NCBI GenBank assembly: GCA_013360215.1
Contig: JABWCP010000010.1
Coordinates: 1 to 64,000, forward strand
DNA: 64,000 bases
Direction: 5' to 3'
From: a bacterium
Lineage (GTDB): Bacteria; CLD3; SB21
Made by a program: the position numbers and the translations under genes. Positions 1 through 9,998 of the stretch are shown here, piece by piece. Position 1 is the stretch's first letter; every line of letters starts with the position of its first letter. The notes beneath the pieces are model-generated. The model saw only the letters and a list, made by a program, of their open reading frames with translations, made no database searches and was not told where the DNA came from.

Positions 1-314
1 CCAAGTCGTGCCTGTAAAAGACATGCGGTCGCCGGAAAAAACATATCCGGCGTAACGGTTCCTACAATGATCAAATCAATTTCGGCAGGATCTGTATTCG
101 TTTGTTCCAAAAGACGTTTACAAGCTTCATAGGCAAGATCGGATGTGGCTTTACCTTTTTCTAAAATATGTCGTTCTTTGATACCGGTCCGCGTGGTTAT
201 CCATTCATCGGTGGTATCTACCATTTTCTCAAGCTCTTTATTGCTGAGAATTTGCTCGGGCACCCAGTGGGCAACACCCGAGATTTTTGCACGATACTTA
301 TTGCCTAACGCCAT
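1..314 (-). CDS. fabH: Beta-ketoacyl-ACP synthase III, 5' part (runs off window)
   Basis: Manual translation from ATG at 314: MALGNKYRAKISGVAHWVPEQILSNKELEKMVDTTDEWITTRTGIKERHI...PDMFFPATACLLQ. Contains the FabH DTxDEWIxxRTGI motif and lies after plsX. Confidence 0.95.
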   Translation of the reverse strand, partial: MALGNKYRAKISGVAHWVPEQILSNKELEKMVDTTDEWITTRTGIKERHILEKGKATSDLAYEACKRLLEQTNTDPAEIDLIIVGTVTPDMFFPATACLLQARL

Positions 315-359
315 AATTCTTTTCTACTGCGGCATGCAGCACAGCGCGCAGTGTGTTAG

Positions 360-1376
360 TTATGATAATCGAATACGTTCTTTAATGACTTCGTTTATTT
401 TTTTATCCACCATTTTTTGCGCAACCATGATCGCGTTGTACATGGCTTTGGGCGAAGAACTGCCGTGACCGATGATCACCACACCGTTTACACCCAACAA
501 AGGAACGCCGCCATATTCTTCATAATTCATATCTTTAAAAACACCTTTGATGCCGGTCTTTGCCAACAGTAATTGGAGTTTCGTCATAAAACTCGACTCA
601 GCGGCCTGTTTGAAACGGGCTTTGAGAAAACCGGGAACACTTTCTCCAAATTTTAATACGATATTTCCTACAAAACCGTCGCACACGATAACATCCGTCG
701 TTCCCTTGAGAATGTCCCGACCTTCCACATTACCCGCAAAATTGAATAATTTTTTTTCTCGAAAAAGGGCGTTGGTTTCTTTGGTTACTTCATTTCCTTT
801 GGAGTCTTCTTCACCGATACTCAAAAGCCCTACAGTGGGATTTTTTACACCCCACATCGCCTCCATATAAATACTACCCATGAGGCCAAACTGCAAAAGA
901 TGTTGCGGTTTACAATCCGAGACGGCACCCACATCAAGCACCAGAGAGCGCCCGCGGGCTGTCGGGAAAAAAGCACCTATTGTAGGACGTTGAACACCTT
1001 CGATCCGCCCAACGCCGAGTAACCCGGCTGTCATCATCGCTCCGGTATTGCCCATCCCGATAAACGCATCCGCTTGGCCGGATTTGACTAATTCCGCACC
1101 GCGATGAATCGAGGAACCGGACTTATTTCGCCAAGCGTCCGCCGGTGACTCATGCATATCGATGACAGATGTCGTATGTTCTAAGCGTAAAATATTGCCG
1201 CATAAATCACGACCTCCGCAGCGCTCGATCTCTTTCATTACTACATCTTTATCGCCGGTCAGAATGATTTCGTGATTTACGCCGGTAGATACCCATGCCC
1301 GAGCCGCCAAAATGACGCCGTCAATTATATGTTTGGGCGCTTCATCACCGCCCATCGCATCCACAACGATCTTCAT
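360..1376 (-). CDS. plsX: Phosphate acyltransferase PlsX
   Basis: VDAMGGD N-terminus, GNTGA, GNVEGRD, VCDGFVGN and IGHGSS motifs; rpmF-plsX-fabH synteny. Confidence 0.97.
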   Translation of the reverse strand: MKIVVDAMGGDEAPKHIIDGVILAARAWVSTGVNHEIILTGDKDVVMKEIERCGGRDLCGNILRLEHTTSVIDMHESPADAWRNKSGSSIHRGAELVKSGQADAFIGMGNTGAMMTAGLLGVGRIEGVQRPTIGAFFPTARGRSLVLDVGAVSDCKPQHLLQFGLMGSIYMEAMWGVKNPTVGLLSIGEEDSKGNEVTKETNALFREKKLFNFAGNVEGRDILKGTTDVIVCDGFVGNIVLKFGESVPGFLKARFKQAAESSFMTKLQLLLAKTGIKGVFKDMNYEEYGGVPLLGVNGVVIIGHGSSSPKAMYNAIMVAQKMVDKKINEVIKERIRLS

Positions 1377-1467
1377 TACCTTCTCCGACTTATATGCCTG
1401 TTCGTTTCATATTACGAAAAGACCGCGCCAATATACCGTTATCAACCCACATTATCAAACCGCAATT

Positions 1468-1508
1468 AAAAAAAAACCTGTCGTTGCCGTGGGAACAAGG
1501 ACAGGTTT
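1468..1508 (-). terminator. Intrinsic terminator between rpmF and plsX
   Basis: Minus strand reads AAACCTGTC...GACAGGTTT followed by a T run. Confidence 0.7.
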
Positions 1509-1535
1509 ACTTAGACGATTTGAGCGCACTCCAAA

Positions 1536-1718
1536 TCAGGCTTCGCGCGCGATCACGATCTGACGGCCATCGTAGTGCCCGCAGTTGGGGCACACACGGT
1601 GATGCATTTTGGGTTGACCACAGTTGGCACATTTGCCGACGGCGGCATTATCCAGTTTCCAGTGCGTACGACGTTTATCACGGCGCTGCTTTGAATGTCT
1701 GCGTTTGGGATTAGGCAT
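1536..1718 (-). CDS. rpmF: 50S ribosomal protein L32 (Zn-binding type)
   Basis: MPNPKRRHSKQRRDKRRTH, CxxC...HRVCxxCG. Confidence 0.97.
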   Translation of the reverse strand: MPNPKRRHSKQRRDKRRTHWKLDNAAVGKCANCGQPKMHHRVCPNCGHYDGRQIVIAREA

Positions 1719-1746
1719 GATATTCTCCTAAAATAATGTAAAATCG

Positions 1747-2262
1747 TTATTCGTTCACGGTCTGCGCATGCTCACATGCACGTTCATTGAGATTCGCTCC
1801 GCACTGTACACACAAACCTTTACAATCTTCATCGCAAAGAACTTTATGCGGCATCGCAAGCTCAATCGTATCTACAATATCTTTATCTAAAACGATTTGG
1901 TTTTCCTTGCGGACATCCAATAACCGTATTTCCGTTTCACCGCTCTGCGCGTTCCGCTCGCTCCGATGATCGGTGTAGATGACCTGAAAATCATCGGCCA
2001 CATCTACACTTACATCCTCCAAACAACGGTCGCATACTAATCTCGCCTCCCCAATCACTTTCATCTTTATATAATAGACGTGATTGGTTTTGGTCAACAC
2101 CGCGTCCGCCGAAATCGGTTTTTCGAAGTGATTCCGGCCTTCAAAATCAATACTGTTCAAGCCGATATCTTCGGCCTTAACATCAAAATGGAAACGGTGT
2201 TCACCGTCTCCTAAGCTTAAAATTTTGTCAATTTTCGCAACCAAGCGAACACCTAACTTCAA
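1747..2262 (-). CDS. yceD: YceD/DUF177 family protein
   Basis: CDRCL and LCxxDCKGLCxxCGANLN motifs; directly upstream of rpmF. Confidence 0.9.
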   Translation of the reverse strand: MKLGVRLVAKIDKILSLGDGEHRFHFDVKAEDIGLNSIDFEGRNHFEKPISADAVLTKTNHVYYIKMKVIGEARLVCDRCLEDVSVDVADDFQVIYTDHRSERNAQSGETEIRLLDVRKENQIVLDKDIVDTIELAMPHKVLCDEDCKGLCVQCGANLNERACEHAQTVNE

Positions 2263-2295
2263 TTTGATAAAACACTTATCAAATTTTGGGGCACG

Positions 2296-2324
2296 AAGAT
2301 AGTTTTTTTTGTTTGGATTGTCAA
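2296..2324 (-). promoter_or_regulatory. Sigma70-type promoter of yceD-rpmF
   Basis: Minus strand TTGACA-17 nt-TATCTT, about 35 nt before the yceD start. Confidence 0.7.
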
Positions 2325-2649
2325 GGGAAAAGAGGAGCTTTCAAGCTCTATATACATAGCTGCCCCATTAACGTCTATATCGCATCCTACCGCAAATCAA
2401 TTTATTCAGCCAACTTCAATAGTCGGTCTTTCATCGGCTGAAAAAAAATTTGTTTTTGGCGCAAAATAAGATGTTCAACCTTTTTAATTTCAGACGGTTA
2501 ATTAATATGTTCAGGCACTCAATCATGCACAAACATAAAATTCTAAAACAAATCCACAAAACATACATTGATATTTTTCACACAAACTAACCCACGCAAA
2601 AACAGCTACATCTTGATGTAGGTTGATGTTTTTGTAAGAAAGGTGGATT

Positions 2650-4059
2650 TTGCTCCATTCAATTTATACCTTCGCAACATCATTACATACAATGCACACA
2701 TTCATCCAAAAATTCGTTTGGTTACCTCACGATCCCGGCCTCCCTCCGCTTGAATTCTGGAGAAAACGCATCACTATCGCCGTAGTAGCTGCCAACTGCA
2801 TTATGGGAACCGCCGCATTGATCCCTACAATTCCATTTTTCATGCAAAGCGAAACGCCATGGATAGGCCTTATTTTCGTTGTGATGATGATCGGCATGTA
2901 TTTCGCGTGGTTTTCTCAAAAACTATCACAATTAAAAAAGTCTATTTTAGTTACAGTCAGCTTTTTGATTGCCGGGACATTGTGTTTTAAACCCTTTGGT
3001 GCCGCGGGAGCAATATGCACTCTATTCGTCGCACATATCTTATCGTCATTACTTTTTCGTCCACGCCTTTTTCTTATAAGCCTTTCTTACATTTTTATCG
3101 TTTTTATCGTGGCCGGGTTTTACATGGATACCGGAAATACCATAGGTGATGACCAGTTTGAATCGCGTTATACATGGAACACCTGGTTCATCGTTATTTC
3201 TAATGTAATTGCAGCGCTCTTGACTATCGGCTGGGCAATTCACATAGTCATCAATAGTTTGGAACATTCACTGATCATGGAGAATTCTTCTCGATTAGCA
3301 CTTCAAGAGGAAATAAATCAGCATAAAAGAACGCAAACCGAACGTATAAAACTAGAAGAAGAAGTATTCCATATGCAGAGAGCTCAGGCTATGCATCAGA
3401 TGGCTGGCGGTGTTGCACACGACTTCAGCAATATATTAACCAGTACGCTCGGTTATCTTGCGCTTTTACAAGAACGGGTTCAGCATGACCCTAAAGCGAT
3501 TGAAATGATAAGTTCGATGAATGCCGGAGCCCGGCGTGGGCGTCAACTTATTCGCCAATTGCTTATGTATAGCCGGCAAACCGAAGTGCATCAAGAAGCT
3601 TTTCAGCTTTCTCCTTTGATTGACGAATGTTATGATATGGTTAAACCCGCCTTAAAGCATATACGATATCAATTCATATCCGAAGTCAAAAATGACACTA
3701 TATTTGGCGATCCGACACAAATGCATCAGGTGCTATTTAATCTGATGACAAATGCTATACAGGCCATGGATGGAAAAGGTCATTTGAGTGTCAAAGTAAT
3801 CCCGGGACCGCACCAATATCTTCGAATTTTAGTTTCCGATACCGGCCCCGGCATAGCAACCGAAAATATTGATAAAATTTTTGAACCCTACTTCAGCACC
3901 AAGCCCCAAGGGCTCGGCACGGGATTGGGCCTTGCGGTGGTACAAAGCATTATACGAAATCACCATGGGGCTATTCGTGTTCGCTCCACACCCGGGCAAG
4001 GCGCCACATTTGAAATTGATTTGCCTTTGCAAAAACTTAATACGGATCAACCTTCATGA
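2650..4059 (+). CDS. Orphan membrane-bound sensor histidine kinase (HisKA + HATPase_c)
   Basis: About 6 N-terminal TM segments, GVAHDFSN H-box, NLMTNA N-box, DTGPGI, FEPYFSTK and GTGLGL. True start may be ATG 2692. Confidence 0.9.
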   Translation: MLHSIYTFATSLHTMHTFIQKFVWLPHDPGLPPLEFWRKRITIAVVAANCIMGTAALIPTIPFFMQSETPWIGLIFVVMMIGMYFAWFSQKLSQLKKSILVTVSFLIAGTLCFKPFGAAGAICTLFVAHILSSLLFRPRLFLISLSYIFIVFIVAGFYMDTGNTIGDDQFESRYTWNTWFIVISNVIAALLTIGWAIHIVINSLEHSLIMENSSRLALQEEINQHKRTQTERIKLEEEVFHMQRAQAMHQMAGGVAHDFSNILTSTLGYLALLQERVQHDPKAIEMISSMNAGARRGRQLIRQLLMYSRQTEVHQEAFQLSPLIDECYDMVKPALKHIRYQFISEVKNDTIFGDPTQMHQVLFNLMTNAIQAMDGKGHLSVKVIPGPHQYLRILVSDTGPGIATENIDKIFEPYFSTKPQGLGTGLGLAVVQSIIRNHHGAIRVRSTPGQGATFEIDLPLQKLNTDQPS

Positions 4060-5285
4060 CGGATGGCCTCCGCCGGATTTAGCTTGGATGCTAAAGCGGC
4101 GGGATATGTACCAAAAATAATTCCCACCATCACAGCTATACCTGAGACGGTCAGCAATGTGCCCCACGTAACGGAGGCTTGAAACGGTGTTGTAGCCATG
4201 TGGCTGATGATCACAGCCAAAAGCATGGCGCCGAGATACCCTAAAATCATCCCCAAAACGCTCCCCAAAAACGATACCACTACCGATTCCGATAAAAACT
4301 GAACCAATATATCGCGGCGCTTGGCACCGGCCGCTTTGCGAACACCGATTTCCATCGTACGCTGCGTGACTGAGATTAACAGTACATTCATCACACCGAT
4401 ACCGCCGACAAGCACTGAAATGCCGACGATAAACCCCATCACAATCCGAAATACAAGAAACCCTTTGGCCATCTGATCAACCCGTGATTTATTACTGGCT
4501 ACGATCAATGTATCTCCCGCACTGACAGGGTGCGTATGGAGATAATTTTGTATATGCTCTTGCAGCGGTATCACGTTTTCTATCTGTGGTGTTTCAAACA
4601 ATCCGATCGGCGGGTACTCGGTAAGCTTCGCTGAATCCATAAGCGAAATAGGCAGTATTGCTTCGGCGGTAGTTTCACGCGCCGCCGTAATCCCGATAAT
4701 GGTATAAGTTTGCGCGCCGATATGTATCGATTTGCCAATTAACGCAGGAATCAAAGACGAATCTTTCGCAGATTGAAAAGCAAGAAACCGATTGATGACC
4801 GCAAATTTCCTTTTACCGTAGATATCCTCTTCCGATAAAACCCGGCCGTCCAATAAAGAATCTGCCCTTAAAACCATGGCCGAACTAAAATTGATCTGAG
4901 CGCCTACCCATTTGGATGAATCTACTTTTACCTCTGCACCATAAGTGGAAACTAATTGCGCGGTATGGGACATACGCAGTGAACTTTTCAGCGAATCAAA
5001 TACGACCGGAGACAGTATGGCCAGGTCCGTTTTACGCATACGAACGCCGTCTGATTTTTTAAACGGCTCGCTGCTCACGATGACCATGTTCATGGACGTA
5101 GTTTGCAGTATCTGTTTACGAACGGATGCCTCCATACCTTCGATGAGGGCCAGCACCATCACCAAGGACGCCACACCGATCACGATTCCCAAAACTGAAA
5201 GAAAGGTATGAAAAAAACGCGCCTTCACATTATGCATTGTAAACGAAACGGCGCTACGGAAATTTTCAAAAAATGTCATTCGCAT
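4047..5285 (-). CDS. MacB/FtsX-like ABC transporter permease
   Basis: LGIVIGVAS, VGGIGVMNVLLISVTQRTMEIGVRKAAGA, GTYPA...P.EAIRHE. Confidence 0.92.
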   Translation of the reverse strand: MRMTFFENFRSAVSFTMHNVKARFFHTFLSVLGIVIGVASLVMVLALIEGMEASVRKQILQTTSMNMVIVSSEPFKKSDGVRMRKTDLAILSPVVFDSLKSSLRMSHTAQLVSTYGAEVKVDSSKWVGAQINFSSAMVLRADSLLDGRVLSEEDIYGKRKFAVINRFLAFQSAKDSSLIPALIGKSIHIGAQTYTIIGITAARETTAEAILPISLMDSAKLTEYPPIGLFETPQIENVIPLQEHIQNYLHTHPVSAGDTLIVASNKSRVDQMAKGFLVFRIVMGFIVGISVLVGGIGVMNVLLISVTQRTMEIGVRKAAGAKRRDILVQFLSESVVVSFLGSVLGMILGYLGAMLLAVIISHMATTPFQASVTWGTLLTVSGIAVMVGIIFGTYPAALASKLNPAEAIRHEG

Positions 5286-5483
5286 AACAACCCGGTTTTT
5301 AAATCTGTTTTATGTGCATGGTATACGTTTTCAATTCAAAAAGTTTCCTTTCAAATTTTATGGCCATTCATCAGTTGTAGTTTCAAATTGCAAATCATCG
5401 TGAATGTCAATATAATCCGTCGTTAAAATTAATTATGTCCGCACACATCCTATGTGCGGATTCACGTTGGTCAACGGAGCAGT

Positions 5484-6848
5484 ATGAGCACGCAGAAGCC
5501 TCTTTCGGGAACAGAACTCATGGACAAAATCGTATCGCTATGCAAGCGGCGCGGATTTATTTTTCAATCGTCGGAAATTTACGGCGGCCTCAACGGATGC
5601 TGGGATTACGGCCCACTCGGCGTCGAACTTCTGAAGAATTATAAAGATGCTTGGTGGAAGGCCATGACCTTTCGGGACGATATCGAAGGTTTGGATGCCG
5701 CTATACTTATGCATCCGCGCGTATGGGAAGCCTCCGGTCACGTGGAAAATTTTACCGATCCGATGGTGGATTGCAAAGAATGTAAAGCGCGTTTTCGTGA
5801 AGACCAGATCGAGGATTCGATGTGCGGCAATAAAGCCTATCAAGGCCGGAAAGCACATAAATGTATGGCCGAAGGAAAGTTTACCGAAGCGCGACAATTT
5901 AATCTGATGTTCAAAACCTACATCGGACCGCTCGAAGACTCCAGCGCGGTAGTTTACCTTCGCCCGGAAACGGCGCAAGGCATCTATGTCAATTTTCACA
6001 ATGTCAAAGATTCTTCCCGCCAAAAAGTACCGTTTGGTATCGCACAGATCGGCAAAGCCTTCCGCAATGAGATCAACACCAAAAACTTTTTATTCCGTAC
6101 GCGGGAATTCGAACAAATGGAAATGCAGTTTTTTGTGAAGCCCGGTACGGATATGGAATGGTTTAATACGTGGAAAGAAAACCGTAAACAATGGTACCTT
6201 TCGCTCGGCTTTACGGAAGACAAACTAAAATTTCACGCGCATGAAAAACTGGCGCATTATGCGGCGGCGGCTTTTGATATCGAATTTCTTTTCCCCTTCG
6301 GATGGGGCGAAATTGAAGGTATACACAACCGTACGGATTTTGATCTCAAGCGCCATCAGGAATATTGCGGTAAGAATCTGGATTATTTTGACGATACGAC
6401 CAAAGAAAAATACTTGCCGTATGTGATAGAAACATCGGCCGGCGCTTCGCGCGGTGTCATGGCTTCGCTGGTCAATGCGTATGCCGAAGAAGAAGCACCT
6501 ACCGGCGACGGTAAAACGGAAACCCGCGTCGTGATGAAGTTTCATCCCACACTCGCACCGGTCAAAGCCGCTATTTTGCCTTTGGTCAAAAAAGACGGTA
6601 TGCCGGAAGTGTCTATGACTTTATATAATGAACTCAAGAAGCATTATAAGATATTTTACGATGAATCCGCCACCGTCGGAAAACGCTACCGCCGGCAAGA
6701 TGAAATCGGTACGCCGTATTGTTTTACGATCGATAGCGAGACACTGCAAAATCAAACCGTCACCGTCCGTCACCGCGACAGCATGACGCAGGAACGTATT
6801 GCAATGGATCAGGTTCTGCGGTTTCTCCGAGATAACTTGAACACTTAA
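5484..6848 (+). CDS. glyS: Glycine--tRNA ligase, homodimeric (alpha2) type
   Basis: CKRRGFIFQSSEIYGG, LRPETAQG, FRNEI, REFEQME, GKRYRRQDEIGTP. Start set at ATG 5484 because GGAG lies upstream. Confidence 0.97.
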   Translation: MSTQKPLSGTELMDKIVSLCKRRGFIFQSSEIYGGLNGCWDYGPLGVELLKNYKDAWWKAMTFRDDIEGLDAAILMHPRVWEASGHVENFTDPMVDCKECKARFREDQIEDSMCGNKAYQGRKAHKCMAEGKFTEARQFNLMFKTYIGPLEDSSAVVYLRPETAQGIYVNFHNVKDSSRQKVPFGIAQIGKAFRNEINTKNFLFRTREFEQMEMQFFVKPGTDMEWFNTWKENRKQWYLSLGFTEDKLKFHAHEKLAHYAAAAFDIEFLFPFGWGEIEGIHNRTDFDLKRHQEYCGKNLDYFDDTTKEKYLPYVIETSAGASRGVMASLVNAYAEEEAPTGDGKTETRVVMKFHPTLAPVKAAILPLVKKDGMPEVSMTLYNELKKHYKIFYDESATVGKRYRRQDEIGTPYCFTIDSETLQNQTVTVRHRDSMTQERIAMDQVLRFLRDNLNT

Positions 6849-6957
6849 AAGCATTGTGTGAAATAATACCGCTGCATGAGGGCGCATATTTGTCTTTCTA
6901 AAAAACAAAGACATTCATTTATATGCGCTCTTTTGCAACATATACTTGATCGCGTCG

Positions 6958-6989
6958 CCGTTCACCGACTTCCCGCCACCATTCACCGA
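6958..6989 (+). promoter_or_regulatory. LytTR-type direct-repeat operator
   Basis: CCGTTCACCGA (6958) and CCATTCACCGA (6979), period 21 bp, upstream of an operon that encodes a LytTR regulator. Confidence 0.75.
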
Positions 6990-7055
6990 AATGCGTGCAA
7001 CAAAATTTATTTTCCTATGTATGTTTATGGCGTAAACAAAAACAAGGAAAAAGCC

Positions 7056-7439
7056 ATGTTCACGCATCACTCTCATGACATAAAAAGACACCTGATCTGG
7101 GGCGTTGCCCTGATCGCAATCGGTTTCGTCGTGTTATTAGACCGATTGCACGTGTATGACATCGGCCCGTTGTGGAAATTCTGGCCTGTATTTTTGATCG
7201 TAGGCGGTATCAGCGATTTACTCAGTTACAACAAGGCGCGTCGCATCGCCGATGGCGTGTTTTGGATATTAACCGGCGGTTGGTTGCTCGCGGTACAGTT
7301 TTATGCATGGGGATTGACCTATCGCAACAGTTGGCCGTTTTTATTGATCGCCTGGGGCGTCAGTAAAATCACGAGAAGTTTATTAAACAAATATTATTTC
7401 ACACCACAAACTACGACACATTATGAAAACGGACTCTAA
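7056..7439 (+). CDS. LiaF-TM/DUF5668-like membrane protein
   Basis: GVALIAIG..LLD.L and repeated WPxxLI motifs. Start moved to ATG 7056 (AAGGA SD). Confidence 0.75.
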   Translation: MFTHHSHDIKRHLIWGVALIAIGFVVLLDRLHVYDIGPLWKFWPVFLIVGGISDLLSYNKARRIADGVFWILTGGWLLAVQFYAWGLTYRNSWPFLLIAWGVSKITRSLLNKYYFTPQTTTHYENGL

Positions 7440-8118
7440 AATCCCCGGGCAGGTTATCCTCGGAGTTATCGCCATCGTTCTCGGCGTTTTATTTCTCCTG
7501 GACAACCTCCGAATTATAGAAGACTTCAGGCTTTCGCGTTTATGGCCGGTTATCTTTATTATTTTCGGCGTCCTCAAAATTCGCCAATCGCGTACCGTAC
7601 CGAGTTATTTTGTCGGCAGCGTATTGATATTCGTGGGTACGATCATGATTCTCCACAGACTTGGGATCATCTATTTCAGTTGGCACACATGGTGGCCGGT
7701 TTTTATGATCCTCGCCGGCGGTGCTTTTATACTCAAAGGTTTTTATCGCCATCGTGGACAGGACGAAACGAACATACCGAAAGCCGATAATGAACACGTC
7801 GTACAAGCAACAGCGATTTTCGGTGGCAACTCACGTATCATTGCCAGTCAGGATTTTAAAGGCGGCGAAGTAACGGCCGTCATGGGCGGATGTGAGATAG
7901 ATTTGCGTCATGCTTCCGTCGCCGATGAGGCGACGATCCACGTGTTTGCATTATTCGGCGGTATTGATATCAAAGTGCCGACGGACTGGGCGGTATTTCT
8001 CAACGGCACACCGATTCTCGGCGGCTTTGATGACAAAACACTGCATCCCGCCGCTCAAACCAAACGCTTGCACATCCAAGGATATGCCATCATGGGCGGC
8101 GTTGAGGTTCGAAACTAA
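7423..8118 (+). CDS. LiaF-like protein (TM DUF5668 + C-terminal DUF2154-like domain)
   Basis: Four TM segments with WP motifs, then AIFGG...FKGGEVTAVMGGCEIDLR...ALFGGIDIKVP. Confidence 0.8.
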   Translation: MKTDSKIPGQVILGVIAIVLGVLFLLDNLRIIEDFRLSRLWPVIFIIFGVLKIRQSRTVPSYFVGSVLIFVGTIMILHRLGIIYFSWHTWWPVFMILAGGAFILKGFYRHRGQDETNIPKADNEHVVQATAIFGGNSRIIASQDFKGGEVTAVMGGCEIDLRHASVADEATIHVFALFGGIDIKVPTDWAVFLNGTPILGGFDDKTLHPAAQTKRLHIQGYAIMGGVEVRN

Positions 8119-9179
8119 TGCATCCTGTACTCGGCAACATTCGCAGTCTTGCATGGTACGCTCTGGTGTGGCTTTTTGCGGGTGTCCTGATCGCAAAGCT
8201 GATTTATTTTACCGGACGCGGTGATTGGGCGCAAGCTTTTGCATTTGCGATACCGCTCACATTGGTTTACGGATTCATCAATCTTTCGGCGTATTATGTC
8301 AGCCGTTCCTCGCCGCTCGCATCGGATCGCCGGCTTCGTGTGGTGCTCACAGCGTTATTCAACGCCATGCTCACCGCTTGTTTTTGGCTGGCACTGGCGA
8401 TGGGATGGAATGTTATCCTGCATGAATGGCAGACGGCCATTGTCATGGATACCGGCACGACCATGATCATGATCGTCGTCGGCACGGTCTTGTACCTACT
8501 CTCCATAGCAATTTATTATGTGATGATGATGGCGCGGCAGGCCGAACAAGCCAAACAAAATGAATTGCAAAGTGCTGTGCTTTCAAGGGATGCCGAGTTG
8601 CGGATGCTTCGTGCGCAAATTGATCCGCATTTTTTATTCAACAGTCTCAACTCCATCAGCGCTCTGACGCATAGCGATCCTGACGGCGCGCGACGCATGA
8701 CGGTGGAACTGGCCGCCTTTTTTCGTCAGACCCTGGCCCTTGCACAAAAGCCGCTGATCACTTTGCGTGAGGAATGGAATCTGTGTGAACATTTTTTGTC
8801 TGTTGAAAAAGTTCGATTCGGCAATCGTTTGACCGTAGAAATGATGTTACCCGAGCAATTGTACGATATACTTTTACCGCCCATGCTGATACAACCTTTA
8901 GCGGAAAACGCCGTCAAACACGGCATCGCACAGTGTGTTGAGGGTGGTACGATTCGTATTCATGCATTAACCGATGGACCGTATGCCCATATCGTTATCG
9001 AAAATCCAATGGAGGATGAATCATCCTATTCCGAAGGAACACATATCGGTTTGGATAATATCCGTAAACGTATTCAAAACCAATATGGTCGCGACGCCCG
9101 GCTCACCACCGAAAAACAAAACCGCCTATTTGTCGCTAAATTATCAATACCTGTTTCGCCCGGAGAAGTGTCAGCATGA
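8118..9179 (+). CDS. LytS/YehU-family sensor histidine kinase
   Basis: LRAQIDPHFLFNSLNSI, QPLAENAVKHG, GLDNIRKR. Confidence 0.93.
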   Translation: MHPVLGNIRSLAWYALVWLFAGVLIAKLIYFTGRGDWAQAFAFAIPLTLVYGFINLSAYYVSRSSPLASDRRLRVVLTALFNAMLTACFWLALAMGWNVILHEWQTAIVMDTGTTMIMIVVGTVLYLLSIAIYYVMMMARQAEQAKQNELQSAVLSRDAELRMLRAQIDPHFLFNSLNSISALTHSDPDGARRMTVELAAFFRQTLALAQKPLITLREEWNLCEHFLSVEKVRFGNRLTVEMMLPEQLYDILLPPMLIQPLAENAVKHGIAQCVEGGTIRIHALTDGPYAHIVIENPMEDESSYSEGTHIGLDNIRKRIQNQYGRDARLTTEKQNRLFVAKLSIPVSPGEVSA

Positions 9180-9910
9180 ATACACCACAACTTCGCGTTA
9201 TCATCGTGGATGATGAAGCACTGGCTCGTCAGTTGATACGCGAATACCTCGCTTCGCATACAGATATCTCCGTCATCGAAGAATGCGCCAATGGGTTTGA
9301 AGCCGTCAAAGCAATCACGGAGATTCATCCCGATTTGGTTTTTCTTGACATCCAGATGCCTAAACTCTCTGGATTTGAAGTGTTAGAGTTAACCCAACGA
9401 AAGCACGGTGTGATTTTTACGACGGCGTATGATCAATATGCATTGAAGGCTTTTGAAGTGCATGCATTGGATTATTTACTCAAGCCGTTTAGCCGTGAAC
9501 GTTTTGATGCGGCACTTGCGCATGCACGGCAACATATACAAGACGCAATCACATGGGAAGTTCCGTCGTCATTGACGTCGGATAAAAAAACAGAGCGTAT
9601 TCTCATTCGCGATGGCGTACAGGTGCATGTGATACCCGTAACACAAATAGATTATATTGAAGCGCAGGACGACTACATTGCAATTTACACTGCCGGCAAG
9701 TGTTATCTTAAAACACAAACGTTGGCCGATATAGAGAAACAACTTGATCCGTCACGTTTTGTACGCATTCACCGTTCGTACATCGTCCATGTCGAACGTA
9801 TTGCCCGAATAGAACTCTACGCCAAAGACAGCCGAACGGCAATTTTACGCGATGGCAAACAAATACCGATCAGTCGCTCCGGATATGATCATATCAAGCA
9901 GCTATTATGA
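9176..9910 (+). CDS. LytTR-family response regulator
   Basis: VDDE, FLDIQMP, TTAYDQYA, DYLLKP, FVRIHRSYIV. Confidence 0.95.
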   Translation: MNTPQLRVIIVDDEALARQLIREYLASHTDISVIEECANGFEAVKAITEIHPDLVFLDIQMPKLSGFEVLELTQRKHGVIFTTAYDQYALKAFEVHALDYLLKPFSRERFDAALAHARQHIQDAITWEVPSSLTSDKKTERILIRDGVQVHVIPVTQIDYIEAQDDYIAIYTAGKCYLKTQTLADIEKQLDPSRFVRIHRSYIVHVERIARIELYAKDSRTAILRDGKQIPISRSGYDHIKQLL

Positions 9911-9998
9911 TTTGCATCGAATTATTGCAATTTTAAGTAATTTTACTGACTTTGGTTTCGTTTGAATAAAACATCACCGTCTATACAAAAACATAATT

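Noticed and set aside
6876-7055. N-terminal 60 aa of the track ORF 6876-7439
   Set aside because: It overlaps the LytTR operator region, and an SD supports the start at 7056.
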